From assembly GCA_029570245.1 (NCBI GenBank), contig JAKQSH010000185.1:1-33265 (forward strand): a stretch of DNA of 33,265 nucleotides. The letters are read 5' to 3'. The position numbers and the translations under genes were made by a program. Each line of letters starts with the position of its first letter. The first letter of the stretch is position 1. This document shows positions 15,268 through 23,702 of this stretch, in pieces. A model generated the notes under the pieces. That model searched no databases and had not been told where the DNA came from. It saw only the letters and a program-made list of their open reading frames with translations. This stretch comes from Deltaproteobacteria bacterium. GTDB taxonomy: Bacteria; Myxococcota_A; SURF-8.

Positions 15268-16163
15268 TTCGCTGCATTTTCCGGTATGAGTTTGAGAACG
15301 ATTCCGGTTTTGATTTTCTGGTTTCTGCTTATATTCCGTTCGGCGTTATCGAATATTAATTCGCTTTTCATGTTTACATCTGTTTCGTATGCCGCACCGA
15401 CACACACATTGCGTTGGAGGTCGAAATACATTTTGCCGCTGCCGGAACCTCCGCCGCTGACAAGCATGCTCTGCGGCTCACCGTCTTTCGGGGTCGAATC
15501 GTTTTTATGTTCCTTCTCCACTTCGCTTCCCAGCCGTACATCGAAGTTGACGGATATCTCGGTGGCACGCTGCTGCCAGACTTCGACTTCGGAGCCGGCC
15601 ACAAAAGACGTTTTTGTTTCGGTGCTTACGGTCCCAAGCGATCCAAGTTCTTCCTGCACGAATGTTTTGCGGGTCCAGGCTGTGCCGTTGCTGAGGTTCT
15701 GCGGCAGAGTGGTGAACATGTCCATTATTATGTGCTGCATTCGGGTCAGACTGCTGTACTGGCTGGGGTCTTCAACTTTCGGCAGAAGCAGGTCCGGAAT
15801 TTCGCCGTTCGGCTTCATCTTGAGGGTAATTGTGCGGTTAACAAGTGTTTTGTCGACTTCCAGTTTGTTGCGTTTTTCTCCGACGGTTGCAGAGGCCGAA
15901 GCTCCGGTGAAAAGTACTTCAAGGTCGGCGGTGCCGTCAGGTGCAACGCTTACGGCCTTAAGCTTGAAATCGGTGCGCATCGAAACTCTGACGGCGTTTT
16001 CAACATCGCCGTCGCTTTCTATCTGCTGGTTTACCCACAGGCGGTAATTCAGCGTCTGCCCCGGAGCAAATACGTAGGCGGTTTTTATGTCTTTTTTTTC
16101 GCAGGCGCAGAAAAGCGCCGCAAACAGTGCAAACAGCGCCAGGCAATATAATGATTTTTTCAT
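15264..16163 (-). CDS. Probable lipoprotein, beta-rich, hypothetical
   Basis: MKKSLYCLALFALFAALFCAC-EKK signal. AGGAG lies 9 nt upstream, inside the recJ 3' end. Two-nt gap after recJ. ATGA overlap with the Fur-FeoA gene. Confidence 0.7.
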   Translation of the reverse strand: MKKSLYCLALFALFAALFCACEKKDIKTAYVFAPGQTLNYRLWVNQQIESDGDVENAVRVSMRTDFKLKAVSVAPDGTADLEVLFTGASASATVGEKRNKLEVDKTLVNRTITLKMKPNGEIPDLLLPKVEDPSQYSSLTRMQHIIMDMFTTLPQNLSNGTAWTRKTFVQEELGSLGTVSTETKTSFVAGSEVEVWQQRATEISVNFDVRLGSEVEKEHKNDSTPKDGEPQSMLVSGGGSGSGKMYFDLQRNVCVGAAYETDVNMKSELIFDNAERNISRNQKIKTGIVLKLIPENAAK

Positions 16164-16165
16164 AT

Positions 16166-17884
16166 TCAGCTTCTCCTGTGAACATCTTTCAGTCGCAGCT
16201 GGATTCTGCGGTGACCGGCAAAATCGTTGTATTCTGGAATAAACGCCGCGTCAATGTGTTCGCCGACTTTAAATCTCAGATAATCCATGTTGAAGCCTAC
16301 CGCTTCGGCGGAATTGTCGCCCTGGCGCAGCACCAGGCGCCAGTGTTTCTGCTTCATCAGGCGGGCCGAGCAGATTTCGGCGTCTTCCAGCATGAAAAGC
16401 GGAGCGGGGTTTCCGGCGCCGAATGGCTCAAGCATGGCCAGTTCGTTTATGAATTTTTCGTCGAGGTCGGCTATTTCCACGCGCGCATCCATTGTAATAA
16501 GAGGTCGGTAGTCTTCTTCCGTCAACTCAGCCTTTGCGATTTCACAGAAACGGCGGCGGAATTCGTCTATAAGTGATTTTTCGATGCTGAAGCCAGCCGC
16601 CATGGCGTGACCTCCATGACGCAGCAGCAGATCGGAACACTTTCCCAGTGCTTTCTGCATGTGCAGCCCGTTTATTGAACGGCAGGAACCTTTTGAAGCG
16701 CCGTTCTCGCCTTCGGCTATAACCAGTGATGGTTTATGGTACATCTCGACGATGCGCGAAGCCACTATGCCTATGACTCCTTCATGCCAGTCGCGGTGCG
16801 AAACAACCAGCGCCGGATAATCTTCCATTGGCTCAATCAGCTCCAGTGCCTGATTGAACATGCGCTCTCCGATCTGCCGCCGGGCGGAGTTTTCGCGGTT
16901 GAGCTTCGAGGCGATATCGCGGGCTTCCTCAAGATCGTCGGTGCCGATAAGTCTGACACCGATTTCGGCGTTTCCCAGACGCCCGCCGGCGTTGATGCGC
17001 GGCGCCAGCTGGAAAGCGACTTCATAATGTCCCAGGCTGCGCCCTTCCTCAAGACCGGACACTTCTTTCAGGGCCAGCAGTCCGCTGCGAGTGGTGCGTT
17101 CCAGCATCGGCAGTCCGAAGCGCACGAAAAGGCGGTTGATGCCCGTCAGCGGAACCAGATCGGCTATGGTGCCCAGCGTGACTATGTCCAGCAGTTCCTT
17201 GAGTTTAACGTCTCTGCCGTGGCTCATAATTCCATTTTCGCACAATGTGCGCCGCAATGCCGCCGTCAGCATGAAACTGAGGCCAACTGCGGCCATGTTT
17301 TTATCGGGGAAGCTGCAATCCGGCTGACGCGGATCGACTATTATGCAGTCAGACGGTAATTCGTCCTGCGGCAGGTGGTGGTCGATGATGATTACGTCCA
17401 TACCCAAACCGCGCGCGTAGGCGACTTCCTCGATATCGGCGATGCCGTTGTCTACGGTTATAAGCAGATCGACGCCTTTTTCTTTGATTGCGTCAATGTT
17501 TTCGCGGTTCAGACCGTAGCCTTCGGTAAGGCGGCGCGGAATCATGTATTCCAGCGGATAGGGAATGTTTCTGAAAAACAGCAGCATGGTGGAAACGCTG
17601 GTGACGCCATCAACGTCGTAATCGCCGTAAACCAGGATTTTCTCGTTGTTTTTTATGGCGTGCATTATGCGTTCCACCGCTTCGCGCATGCCTTTAAGCA
17701 GAAAAGGATCGGGCAGTTCGCGCAGAACGCCATAGAGGAACGAACGTGCTTCCTCGACGGTTCTAATTTCGCGATTAGCCAGAAGAACGGCGGTATTCCT
17801 GGAAATGCCCAGAGCCTCCGCCAGATTTTCAACTGTGGCGGAATCGCTTGTCTTTATTTCCCATCTGGCCGGCGGTCGCTTCAT
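16166..17884 (-). CDS. recJ: Single-stranded-DNA-specific exonuclease RecJ
   Basis: DHH-family motifs are present (VYGDYDVDGVTS, ITVDNG, VIIIDHH, GHAMAAG). About 570 aa. Confidence 0.93.
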   Translation of the reverse strand: MKRPPARWEIKTSDSATVENLAEALGISRNTAVLLANREIRTVEEARSFLYGVLRELPDPFLLKGMREAVERIMHAIKNNEKILVYGDYDVDGVTSVSTMLLFFRNIPYPLEYMIPRRLTEGYGLNRENIDAIKEKGVDLLITVDNGIADIEEVAYARGLGMDVIIIDHHLPQDELPSDCIIVDPRQPDCSFPDKNMAAVGLSFMLTAALRRTLCENGIMSHGRDVKLKELLDIVTLGTIADLVPLTGINRLFVRFGLPMLERTTRSGLLALKEVSGLEEGRSLGHYEVAFQLAPRINAGGRLGNAEIGVRLIGTDDLEEARDIASKLNRENSARRQIGERMFNQALELIEPMEDYPALVVSHRDWHEGVIGIVASRIVEMYHKPSLVIAEGENGASKGSCRSINGLHMQKALGKCSDLLLRHGGHAMAAGFSIEKSLIDEFRRRFCEIAKAELTEEDYRPLITMDARVEIADLDEKFINELAMLEPFGAGNPAPLFMLEDAEICSARLMKQKHWRLVLRQGDNSAEAVGFNMDYLRFKVGEHIDAAFIPEYNDFAGHRRIQLRLKDVHRRS

Positions 17885-18019
17885 TGCAGTCCTTCCTGGA
17901 GTTAATCACCATATACTAAATGCAAACGCTGCGCCATGTCAAAAACATCACATATACTGCATTTTGGCTGGTTTGCAGGCGCAATATTATGCTAAAAGAA
18001 GGCAGCGGGAGTTGTAGAG

Positions 18020-19417
18020 ATGAAATTCTGGCTGATTACTGTCGTGATTACGGTGCTGCTTTTTCTGCCTGCTGTGGCGGAAGCTGACCGTTTTCACTAC
18101 AACAACAATCTTATCGGCGAACGGGCCGCCGCCATGGGCGGAGCCTTTACCGCTTTGGGTGACGAGGCTTCGGGTTGTTATTACAATCCGGCGGGTTTGG
18201 TCGATATCGACGACGATTATGTCTCGCTGTCGATGACCATTTTCCAGTTGCGTATTGCCGACATTATGAATTATCGTGGCTCAAAGCGTCTGACACGCAA
18301 TGCATTCAACGTCATTCCGGCTTCCATAGGCACCATACACAGTTACGGCAATCATCGTTTCGGTTTCAGTGTCATTGTGCCCAGTTACGACGATTCGGTG
18401 ATCGAATTTCACGATGAGAACACCCGCCCGGAACTGCATATAAACAGCAGCAATAAATCGGTCGAATATCTGGCCGGACCCTCGGCGGGGTTCTACCTGA
18501 ACGACAAAGTTTCGCTTGGAATGTCTCTGTACGGATACTACCGCTCCGACAAGGAATACCTGTCGGTACTCATGCGGCGCAGCGACAATTTCGAGCAGGA
18601 AATAAATTCATCCGACCGCAAACTGGTGGGCATAATGCCGCTGGTTGGTGTGCTGTTCAAGCCATCGAATCTGTTCCAGATCGGCGCTTCTGTGCGCACC
18701 GGTCTGCGGGTTTACGGCAAGGCAACCATTTATAACACGCGGACAACAAACATCATCGGACAGGAGCCGGTTTCAATTTCGAAAGTCGATGCCGGCGAGG
18801 AAACCGAGCTGCCGATTGGAATCCGTGCCGGAGCTTCGTTGCGTTTGTGGCCGGGCAACATAATTTCAGCCGATCTGGTTTTTTACGATCCCGTGCTGTA
18901 CAAATCCGCCGGTTCGCAGGCCGACCTCAACCCGGTTCTCAACGTCAACGTTGGAGTGGAGCAGCTCCTTGGCAATACCTGGTCTTTAAGGGCAGGTTTT
19001 TACACGGATTTCACCGCTGCGCCCGATATAGATATTTCGAAACCCAACCCGCCGCCGCACATCGACCTTTTCGGGGCTGCACTGGGTGTCGGCTTCGATG
19101 GCGCATTCACCACGACAACCGTCGGACTCAACGGCGCCTGGGGCAAGGGGCGGGCGGCGCAATCCGGTAAAATTTTCGATCTGCGCGAGTATTATATTGG
19201 AATTTACTTCGGCGGTTCTTTCCGTTATCACACCGAAGACGAGATAGATGCTCTGCGGCGCTGGTACGATATTGACGTTGAAGACAATGAAAAAGATGAG
19301 GATTTCAGCCGCATCCGCTGGGGTGAAGAGGGTGCCCCGGAAGATTTCGACGAGTCGCTTGAAGAGATGAAGGAAGAAAACCGCAGAAAGAAAAGCGGTT
19401 ATTACGACGTTGAATAA
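18020..19417 (+). CDS. Outer-membrane beta-barrel protein, FadL/TodX (OMPP1)-like, with an acidic C-terminal tail
   Basis: Signal peptide. The N-terminal segment GERAAAMGGAFTALGDEASGCYYNPAGLV is typical of FadL/Toluene_X-type barrels. Alternating beta-strand pattern throughout. Beta-signal-like IGIYFGGSFRY is followed by a 61-aa D/E-rich tail. Confidence 0.72.
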   Translation: MKFWLITVVITVLLFLPAVAEADRFHYNNNLIGERAAAMGGAFTALGDEASGCYYNPAGLVDIDDDYVSLSMTIFQLRIADIMNYRGSKRLTRNAFNVIPASIGTIHSYGNHRFGFSVIVPSYDDSVIEFHDENTRPELHINSSNKSVEYLAGPSAGFYLNDKVSLGMSLYGYYRSDKEYLSVLMRRSDNFEQEINSSDRKLVGIMPLVGVLFKPSNLFQIGASVRTGLRVYGKATIYNTRTTNIIGQEPVSISKVDAGEETELPIGIRAGASLRLWPGNIISADLVFYDPVLYKSAGSQADLNPVLNVNVGVEQLLGNTWSLRAGFYTDFTAAPDIDISKPNPPPHIDLFGAALGVGFDGAFTTTTVGLNGAWGKGRAAQSGKIFDLREYYIGIYFGGSFRYHTEDEIDALRRWYDIDVEDNEKDEDFSRIRWGEEGAPEDFDESLEEMKEENRRKKSGYYDVE

Positions 19418-19450
19418 TTCCGAAGCGGAACTCCGGTTATGTGCTTACAT

Positions 19451-19467
19451 GCGCGCGCTTCGCGCGC
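19451..19467. terminator. GC hairpin between convergent genes (possible bidirectional terminator without a clear U-tract)
   Basis: GCGCGCG-CTT-CGCGCGC, a 7-bp stem, lies between stop 19417 (+) and stop 19469 (-). Confidence 0.3.
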
Positions 19468-19468
19468 C

Positions 19469-19789
19469 TCAGGGCTCGTCTTTTTCTTCCGAGCACGAAC
19501 AGGAACAGCCACACGAGCATTTATCGCTCCAGCTGATTTTAAGCTCGTAAGAACAGCCGTGTTTTCCTTCCCCGGCCTCCACTTCGAGGTAGACTTCATC
19601 GCGCGGCTTCAAAAAAATGGAGGCGTTCTCATCCTCCACAAAAATCTCCCCGTTTTCGACATTATCCGCCAGACCGCGCAGATACTCGGCCACCCGCTCT
19701 TTCGCCATAAAACGCCGTCCTCTGGCTTTTTTTCTTTCATGTTCAGGCTTTCCGCCATGATCTTCATGTTTTGAATCATGCCTGTGCAT
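19469..19789 (-). CDS. amphi-Trp-domain-like small protein with a His-rich N-terminus and a Cys/Ser repeat C-terminus
   Basis: AAGGAG lies 7 nt before ATG 19789 (the track's GTG 19813 is less likely). The core KERVAEYLRGLADNVENGEIFVEDENASIFLKPRDEVYLEVEAGEGKHGCSYELKISW fits the amphi-Trp pattern as I remember it. Tails are MHRHDSKHEDHGGKPEHERKK and DKCSCGCSCSCSEEKDEP. Confidence 0.65.
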   Translation of the reverse strand: MHRHDSKHEDHGGKPEHERKKARGRRFMAKERVAEYLRGLADNVENGEIFVEDENASIFLKPRDEVYLEVEAGEGKHGCSYELKISWSDKCSCGCSCSCSEEKDEP

Positions 19790-19975
19790 GTGAACTCTCC
19801 TTTGAAAAAACACAGAACAACACCTTCCAGAATTAAAATATGTTCATTCTCTGGGCGCTTGGCAAGGAGGAATGTGTTGAAAAACGAACTAGGCTGAAAA
19901 ATATCTTTGCAACGTCAGACTTTTATGTTCGTGACATGAAAGCCGGATCAGCATGAATATTGAAACTAAAGGGAA

Positions 19976-20929
19976 TTATTGCTGTAGGGGCGCATTTCCC
20001 CCTGTCTCCGCCTCGTTCTCAGTTGCTTCCGGTGTTTTTTCCGGTGTCGTTTCTTCTTTTCCCAGCGGTTCACGGTAGGGGATTATGTCGAAATCCCAGA
20101 AGGCGCTGATGCCGTAAGAGACAAACCAGTTGCGCATGTAGTCAACAGTCGAAACTTCGGCATAAGGCGCAGCTCCGATGCGGCGATGGAAATACCAGCG
20201 CCACAGGAATGCAATTCCGTAGTTGATTTCCGTGCGTTTTTCTGAAACCGGCAGCCCGGCCGGCTTGAGATAGAAATCCATTCCCAGTTTGGCCCCGATA
20301 AACAGGTCCATGGGAAAGAAGTAGTGGTATTTCTCGTAATGTCCGAGACAGTACATGGCATATATGGAGGGCTGCACGAACCATGCTCCGAAAGTTTTAG
20401 TTGCGCCCATAAGGGGGGCGGGAAAATATGGATCGGGCAGAAAAGTATGCTCGTGCGCCATGCGGAAGGCCCGTACATTGGCGCGCAGATGCCAGTCGTC
20501 CTTTACTGTGAAGCCCAGTCCGCCGTCGAACTGCCACCAGGCGAAACCGCCCAGTGCGCGGTATTTGCCTACCACGCCGCCGAATCCGAGTTCGGGGTTT
20601 ATGCGCAGAAGCTGCTTTTCCTTCGGCTTGACATGCTCGATAAGCAGGCCTGAGCGCGTGATTTCGAAGTTGGGAGGAAGTTTTTCGTTCCCGCTTCCGC
20701 TTTCCGGCGGCAAAGGCTGCGGAGCAGCGGTCTCCTGAGCATCGGGAGCTGCGGCACTTTCTCCGTCAGCCGGGGGTGGTTGAGTCTGATCACTGTTGGT
20801 GGCTGCGTCATTGGGCGGTGCCGCCTGCGCGGCATTTTTATTTTCCTGCGCCGAAACACCGGACGCGGCGACGATAAGCAATATCGGCAACAGAGAGATA
20901 ACGGCAATTGATTTTATAATTCTTCGCAT
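19976..20929 (-). CDS. Secreted protein with a Pro/Ala/Gln-rich linker and an aromatic-rich beta-barrel-like domain (probable outer-membrane protein)
   Basis: Signal peptide MRRIIKSIAVISLLPILLIVAASGVSAQ from ATG 20929. A low-complexity linker follows. The Y/W/F-rich domain ends in the beta-signal-like YGISAFWDF, then a 37-aa acidic tail. Confidence 0.62.
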   Translation of the reverse strand: MRRIIKSIAVISLLPILLIVAASGVSAQENKNAAQAAPPNDAATNSDQTQPPPADGESAAAPDAQETAAPQPLPPESGSGNEKLPPNFEITRSGLLIEHVKPKEKQLLRINPELGFGGVVGKYRALGGFAWWQFDGGLGFTVKDDWHLRANVRAFRMAHEHTFLPDPYFPAPLMGATKTFGAWFVQPSIYAMYCLGHYEKYHYFFPMDLFIGAKLGMDFYLKPAGLPVSEKRTEINYGIAFLWRWYFHRRIGAAPYAEVSTVDYMRNWFVSYGISAFWDFDIIPYREPLGKEETTPEKTPEATENEAETGGNAPLQQ

Positions 20930-21099
20930 GTCGCGCCTTTCGGACAATACGGCCTTACCCATTATACTATTCGACATCTCGCAGCGGATACTTGAAGAAG
21001 CGGAATTTTTTTCCGGGTCGTCCGATGATGCAAAGTGCTAAATCCGGCACAATCTCCTGCCGATCTTGTACTCATGGCGATGTTTCCAGACTCTTCCGT

Positions 21100-21125
21100 A
21101 TAAAAAGCCCGGCATCAAGCCGGGC
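21100..21125 (-). terminator. Rho-independent terminator of the peptidase gene
   Basis: GCCCGGC (21107..21113), loop ATCAA, GCCGGGC (21119..21125). On the minus strand the hairpin is followed by TTTTTA. It begins 26 nt after the stop (21152..21154). Confidence 0.7.
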
Positions 21126-21151
21126 GAAAAAACAGCGGAAATTCGATATTT

Positions 21152-22570
21152 TCAGCGGACTTCGTCTTCCCTGCGGCGATATGCCAGCAGTGTCCCGGCC
21201 AGCAGCATAAGCAGCGCCGAAGGCATGCTCGAAGAACTGCAGCCGTCCGAACCGGAACCGGAGCCTTCGTCTTCAACAGCTTCATCGCCGTCTTCTAAGG
21301 GTTCTTCGGCAGCTTCTGCTTCAAGCTCTTCGTCGCCGTCGCCTTCAGGCTCTTCCGACTGAATTTCGATTTTAAGGTTTACCGTTATCAGTGGGCCGTT
21401 GGAAGGCATAATGACAAAAGGCTGTTCGATCAGGCCTGGGGCGTGTCCTGCAATATCGACAGTGAAGTTTACATTTTCCGACTCTCCGACATCAAGATGT
21501 CCTTCGGTGGGAGTCACCGTAACCCAGCCTTTCCAGGTTATGTCTTCTCTGAGTGTCCAGCTGATATCCAGATCGCCGCAGTTTTCTAAATTCAGATCGA
21601 ACTGTACGGTATCGACAACGCTTCCCGGTTCGAGCACTTTTTCCAGCGTTTCAGGCTGGCACAAACCGATGTTCAACGGTTCATCCGGGACGGTTTCGGG
21701 GTCGATTCTGAGCCAGTCGGCGGTAATGACTGCGAAGCAGCTGGTACCGCGTTTTATTTCGAAATAGCCGTCCATGCCCCAGTCTGCACCCCATGAGTTA
21801 CGGGCGATCCACGAATCATGCTCGTCATCCCAGCCTACCAGTGTGACGATATGATTGGGGGCCAGATGTGTCAGTGAGCAGGCTTCGGTGAAGCCGTAGT
21901 ATACGCCGCTGCGATAATAATACAGATCGTTTTCAGCGCGCATGGTTACTGTCAGAGGTCCTTTCATAAGCTCTTCTTTAAGTTCTTCTTCGGTGGGAGT
22001 AAGCATGATCGACCAGTCGCTGAGCTTGACAATGCGTGTCAGATAATCGTCGCAGGCGTCTTCACAGAGTCCTTCTTCTGCCAGATACGGATAACAAATT
22101 TCATCGGGAATACCGTTTTTTTCGATGTAGCCAAGCACTTCCTCGGCGAATCCGCCGCCGTCGCAGCTTCCTCCGCCGCAGGCCACCATGAATTGTTCGG
22201 AAAGGTCATAGTCGAAATCCGGGTCTTCCTTGTAAATGTTTATGAGGCCCTCCATTGCACCCAGAGCACCGAAAGTCCAGCAGCTGCCGCAGCCACCCTG
22301 GTTTCTGACTGGGGTCATCCAGTCCACGCCGTCCATGTCGTGCCAGTTCCAGTGCGCCGGAAAATCCGTTTTCGTGACAGGCTTGCGGTCTTTGGGCAGA
22401 GTGCCGTGTTTCATGGCGTAGCTCAGATCGAGCGGAGTGTTTATCAGGCGGTCTCTGACTTCCTGTGGCAGACGCGACATGCCAGTTTCGCCGCGAACCC
22501 AGTCAGCATAAGCCGGCAGAGCCCATAGAAAAGCCAGAAGAACAGCAGTCAGGATGGCCGATGATTTCAT
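21152..22570 (-). CDS. Papain-family (C1) cysteine peptidase with a beta-sandwich domain, acidic linker and MYXO-CTERM-like tail
   Basis: Signal peptide MKSSAILTAVLLAFLWALPAYA from ATG 22570 (GAGG SD). Catalytic motifs are NQGGCGSCWTFGA, NHIVTLVGWDD and NSWGADWGMDGYF. The upstream 76 codons in the track cross the promoter region and are rejected. Confidence 0.9.
   Translation of the reverse strand: MKSSAILTAVLLAFLWALPAYADWVRGETGMSRLPQEVRDRLINTPLDLSYAMKHGTLPKDRKPVTKTDFPAHWNWHDMDGVDWMTPVRNQGGCGSCWTFGALGAMEGLINIYKEDPDFDYDLSEQFMVACGGGSCDGGGFAEEVLGYIEKNGIPDEICYPYLAEEGLCEDACDDYLTRIVKLSDWSIMLTPTEEELKEELMKGPLTVTMRAENDLYYYRSGVYYGFTEACSLTHLAPNHIVTLVGWDDEHDSWIARNSWGADWGMDGYFEIKRGTSCFAVITADWLRIDPETVPDEPLNIGLCQPETLEKVLEPGSVVDTVQFDLNLENCGDLDISWTLREDITWKGWVTVTPTEGHLDVGESENVNFTVDIAGHAPGLIEQPFVIMPSNGPLITVNLKIEIQSEEPEGDGDEELEAEAAEEPLEDGDEAVEDEGSGSGSDGCSSSSMPSALLMLLAGTLLAYRRREDEVR
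21155..21247 (-). other. C-terminal MYXO-CTERM-like sorting tag
   Basis: The last 31 aa read DGC-SSSS-MPSALLMLLAGTLLAY-RRREDEVR: a Cys-containing motif, a hydrophobic helix and an Arg cluster. A 40-aa D/E/G-rich linker precedes it. Confidence 0.65.
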
Positions 22571-22852
22571 TTCATACCTCGTAGAAACGTTTAATTTCAA
22601 ATGCTTATTATACATGAATTCTCGAAATGTCAGATAGAAAATGAAGGCAGACTCGAAAAAATACCGGTTAGGCCATGCTCTGTTTACGGTCTGCCTGCCG
22701 GAAACAGTCGTAAAATATACGCAGAAGCCGGATATCCGCTGCGGAAAATACAATTCGCCGGAAAATCTTCCATATCTTGCATTTGCCTCCCGAATCAATT
22801 AGTCATTTAATATGTGCAATGTTTATCAGAACTGCAAACAAACGGGGATGCG

Positions 22853-23668
22853 ATGATAAAATTCATGGATGATTTTCTTACGGGTTTCCGCCTGCCTATG
22901 AGCGGATTCGGGCTTATATGGAAAGAACCGCGTCTGCGTCGTTACGCTGCCGTACCTTTTATAATAAATTCTCTGCTTTTTCTCCTGATGTTCTATTTTC
23001 TGTATGCATACAGAGTGGAAGTTGTTGAACTGGTCTGGGAGCGTCCCGAAAACCAGATGATGCTGAAGGTGCTGTGGTACATGCTGGCGGTCTTCATGTT
23101 CGCACTGGTGGCGGTGCTTTCTTATTTCATGTTCACTCCGGTAGGTTGTCTCATTTCATCTCCTTTCAACGAATTCCTCTCGGCGCGGGCCGAGTTGCTG
23201 CTTGACCCCATGAAGAAAGACGCCGAAATACCGTTTTCCATCAAAGATTTGGGACGTTCGCTGGTCGCGGAACTCATAAAACTGGGCATTATGCTCGGTA
23301 TTATGCTTGTGGTGCTGCTTCTAAACCTCATGCCCGCCATTGGCAGCCTGATATCTATGCTGGCCGGATTTTTCGCGGCGGCGCTCTTTCTGACGTTGGA
23401 ATATATGGACTATCCGCTATCTCACAACGCTTACAACTTCAGAGAAAAGCTGAACGCCGTAGTTTACAATATGGGCTGGTCGCTGGGTTTTGGAAGTGGA
23501 GCCGCTCTGCTGCTGCTGATTCCACTGCTGAACCTGTTCTGTATTCCGGCCTGCGTGGTGGGAGCCGTCAGGTTGTATATAATGTTGCGCCGCGAAGGCG
23601 GCATGCCGCAGGCGGCTGCTGCAGAGCGCGAGAGCGACATCGTTTACGATGACGGAGAAAACGTCTGA
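22853..23668 (+). CDS. cysZ: CysZ / EI24-family membrane protein (putative sulfate transporter CysZ-like)
   Basis: Blocks co-linear with E. coli CysZ as I recall it: SSPFNEFLSARAE (APFNGLLAEQLE), LEYMDYPLSHN (YCDYPFDNH) and LIPLLNLFCIPACVVGAV (IPLLNLFIMPVAVCGAT). Confidence 0.8.
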   Translation: MIKFMDDFLTGFRLPMSGFGLIWKEPRLRRYAAVPFIINSLLFLLMFYFLYAYRVEVVELVWERPENQMMLKVLWYMLAVFMFALVAVLSYFMFTPVGCLISSPFNEFLSARAELLLDPMKKDAEIPFSIKDLGRSLVAELIKLGIMLGIMLVVLLLNLMPAIGSLISMLAGFFAAALFLTLEYMDYPLSHNAYNFREKLNAVVYNMGWSLGFGSGAALLLLIPLLNLFCIPACVVGAVRLYIMLRREGGMPQAAAAERESDIVYDDGENV

Positions 23669-23702
23669 AAGTTCAAGCCTTACGGTTGGGCGGGGGAGGA
23701 AC

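Noticed and set aside
13973-16151. Plus-strand ORFs of 245-280 aa (13973..14800, 15205..16047, 15414..16151)
   Set aside because: They are antisense to dapF, the Fur-FeoA gene and the lipoprotein gene, which form a tightly coupled minus-strand operon with clear motifs. The products are low complexity (S/R/A-rich).
17885-18019. Repeated CATATACT motif (two copies about 45 nt apart) in the recJ / OMP divergent promoter region, considered as a Fur box or operator
   Set aside because: It has no resemblance to the Fur-box consensus, and only 8 nt are shared. Such short AT-rich repeats are expected by chance in promoter DNA, and they may simply be -10-like elements.
22571-22798. A 76-codon N-terminal extension of the peptidase ORF
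   Set aside because: ATG 22570 is preceded by a GAGG SD and begins a canonical signal peptide. The extension lacks any feature and lies in the divergent promoter region.
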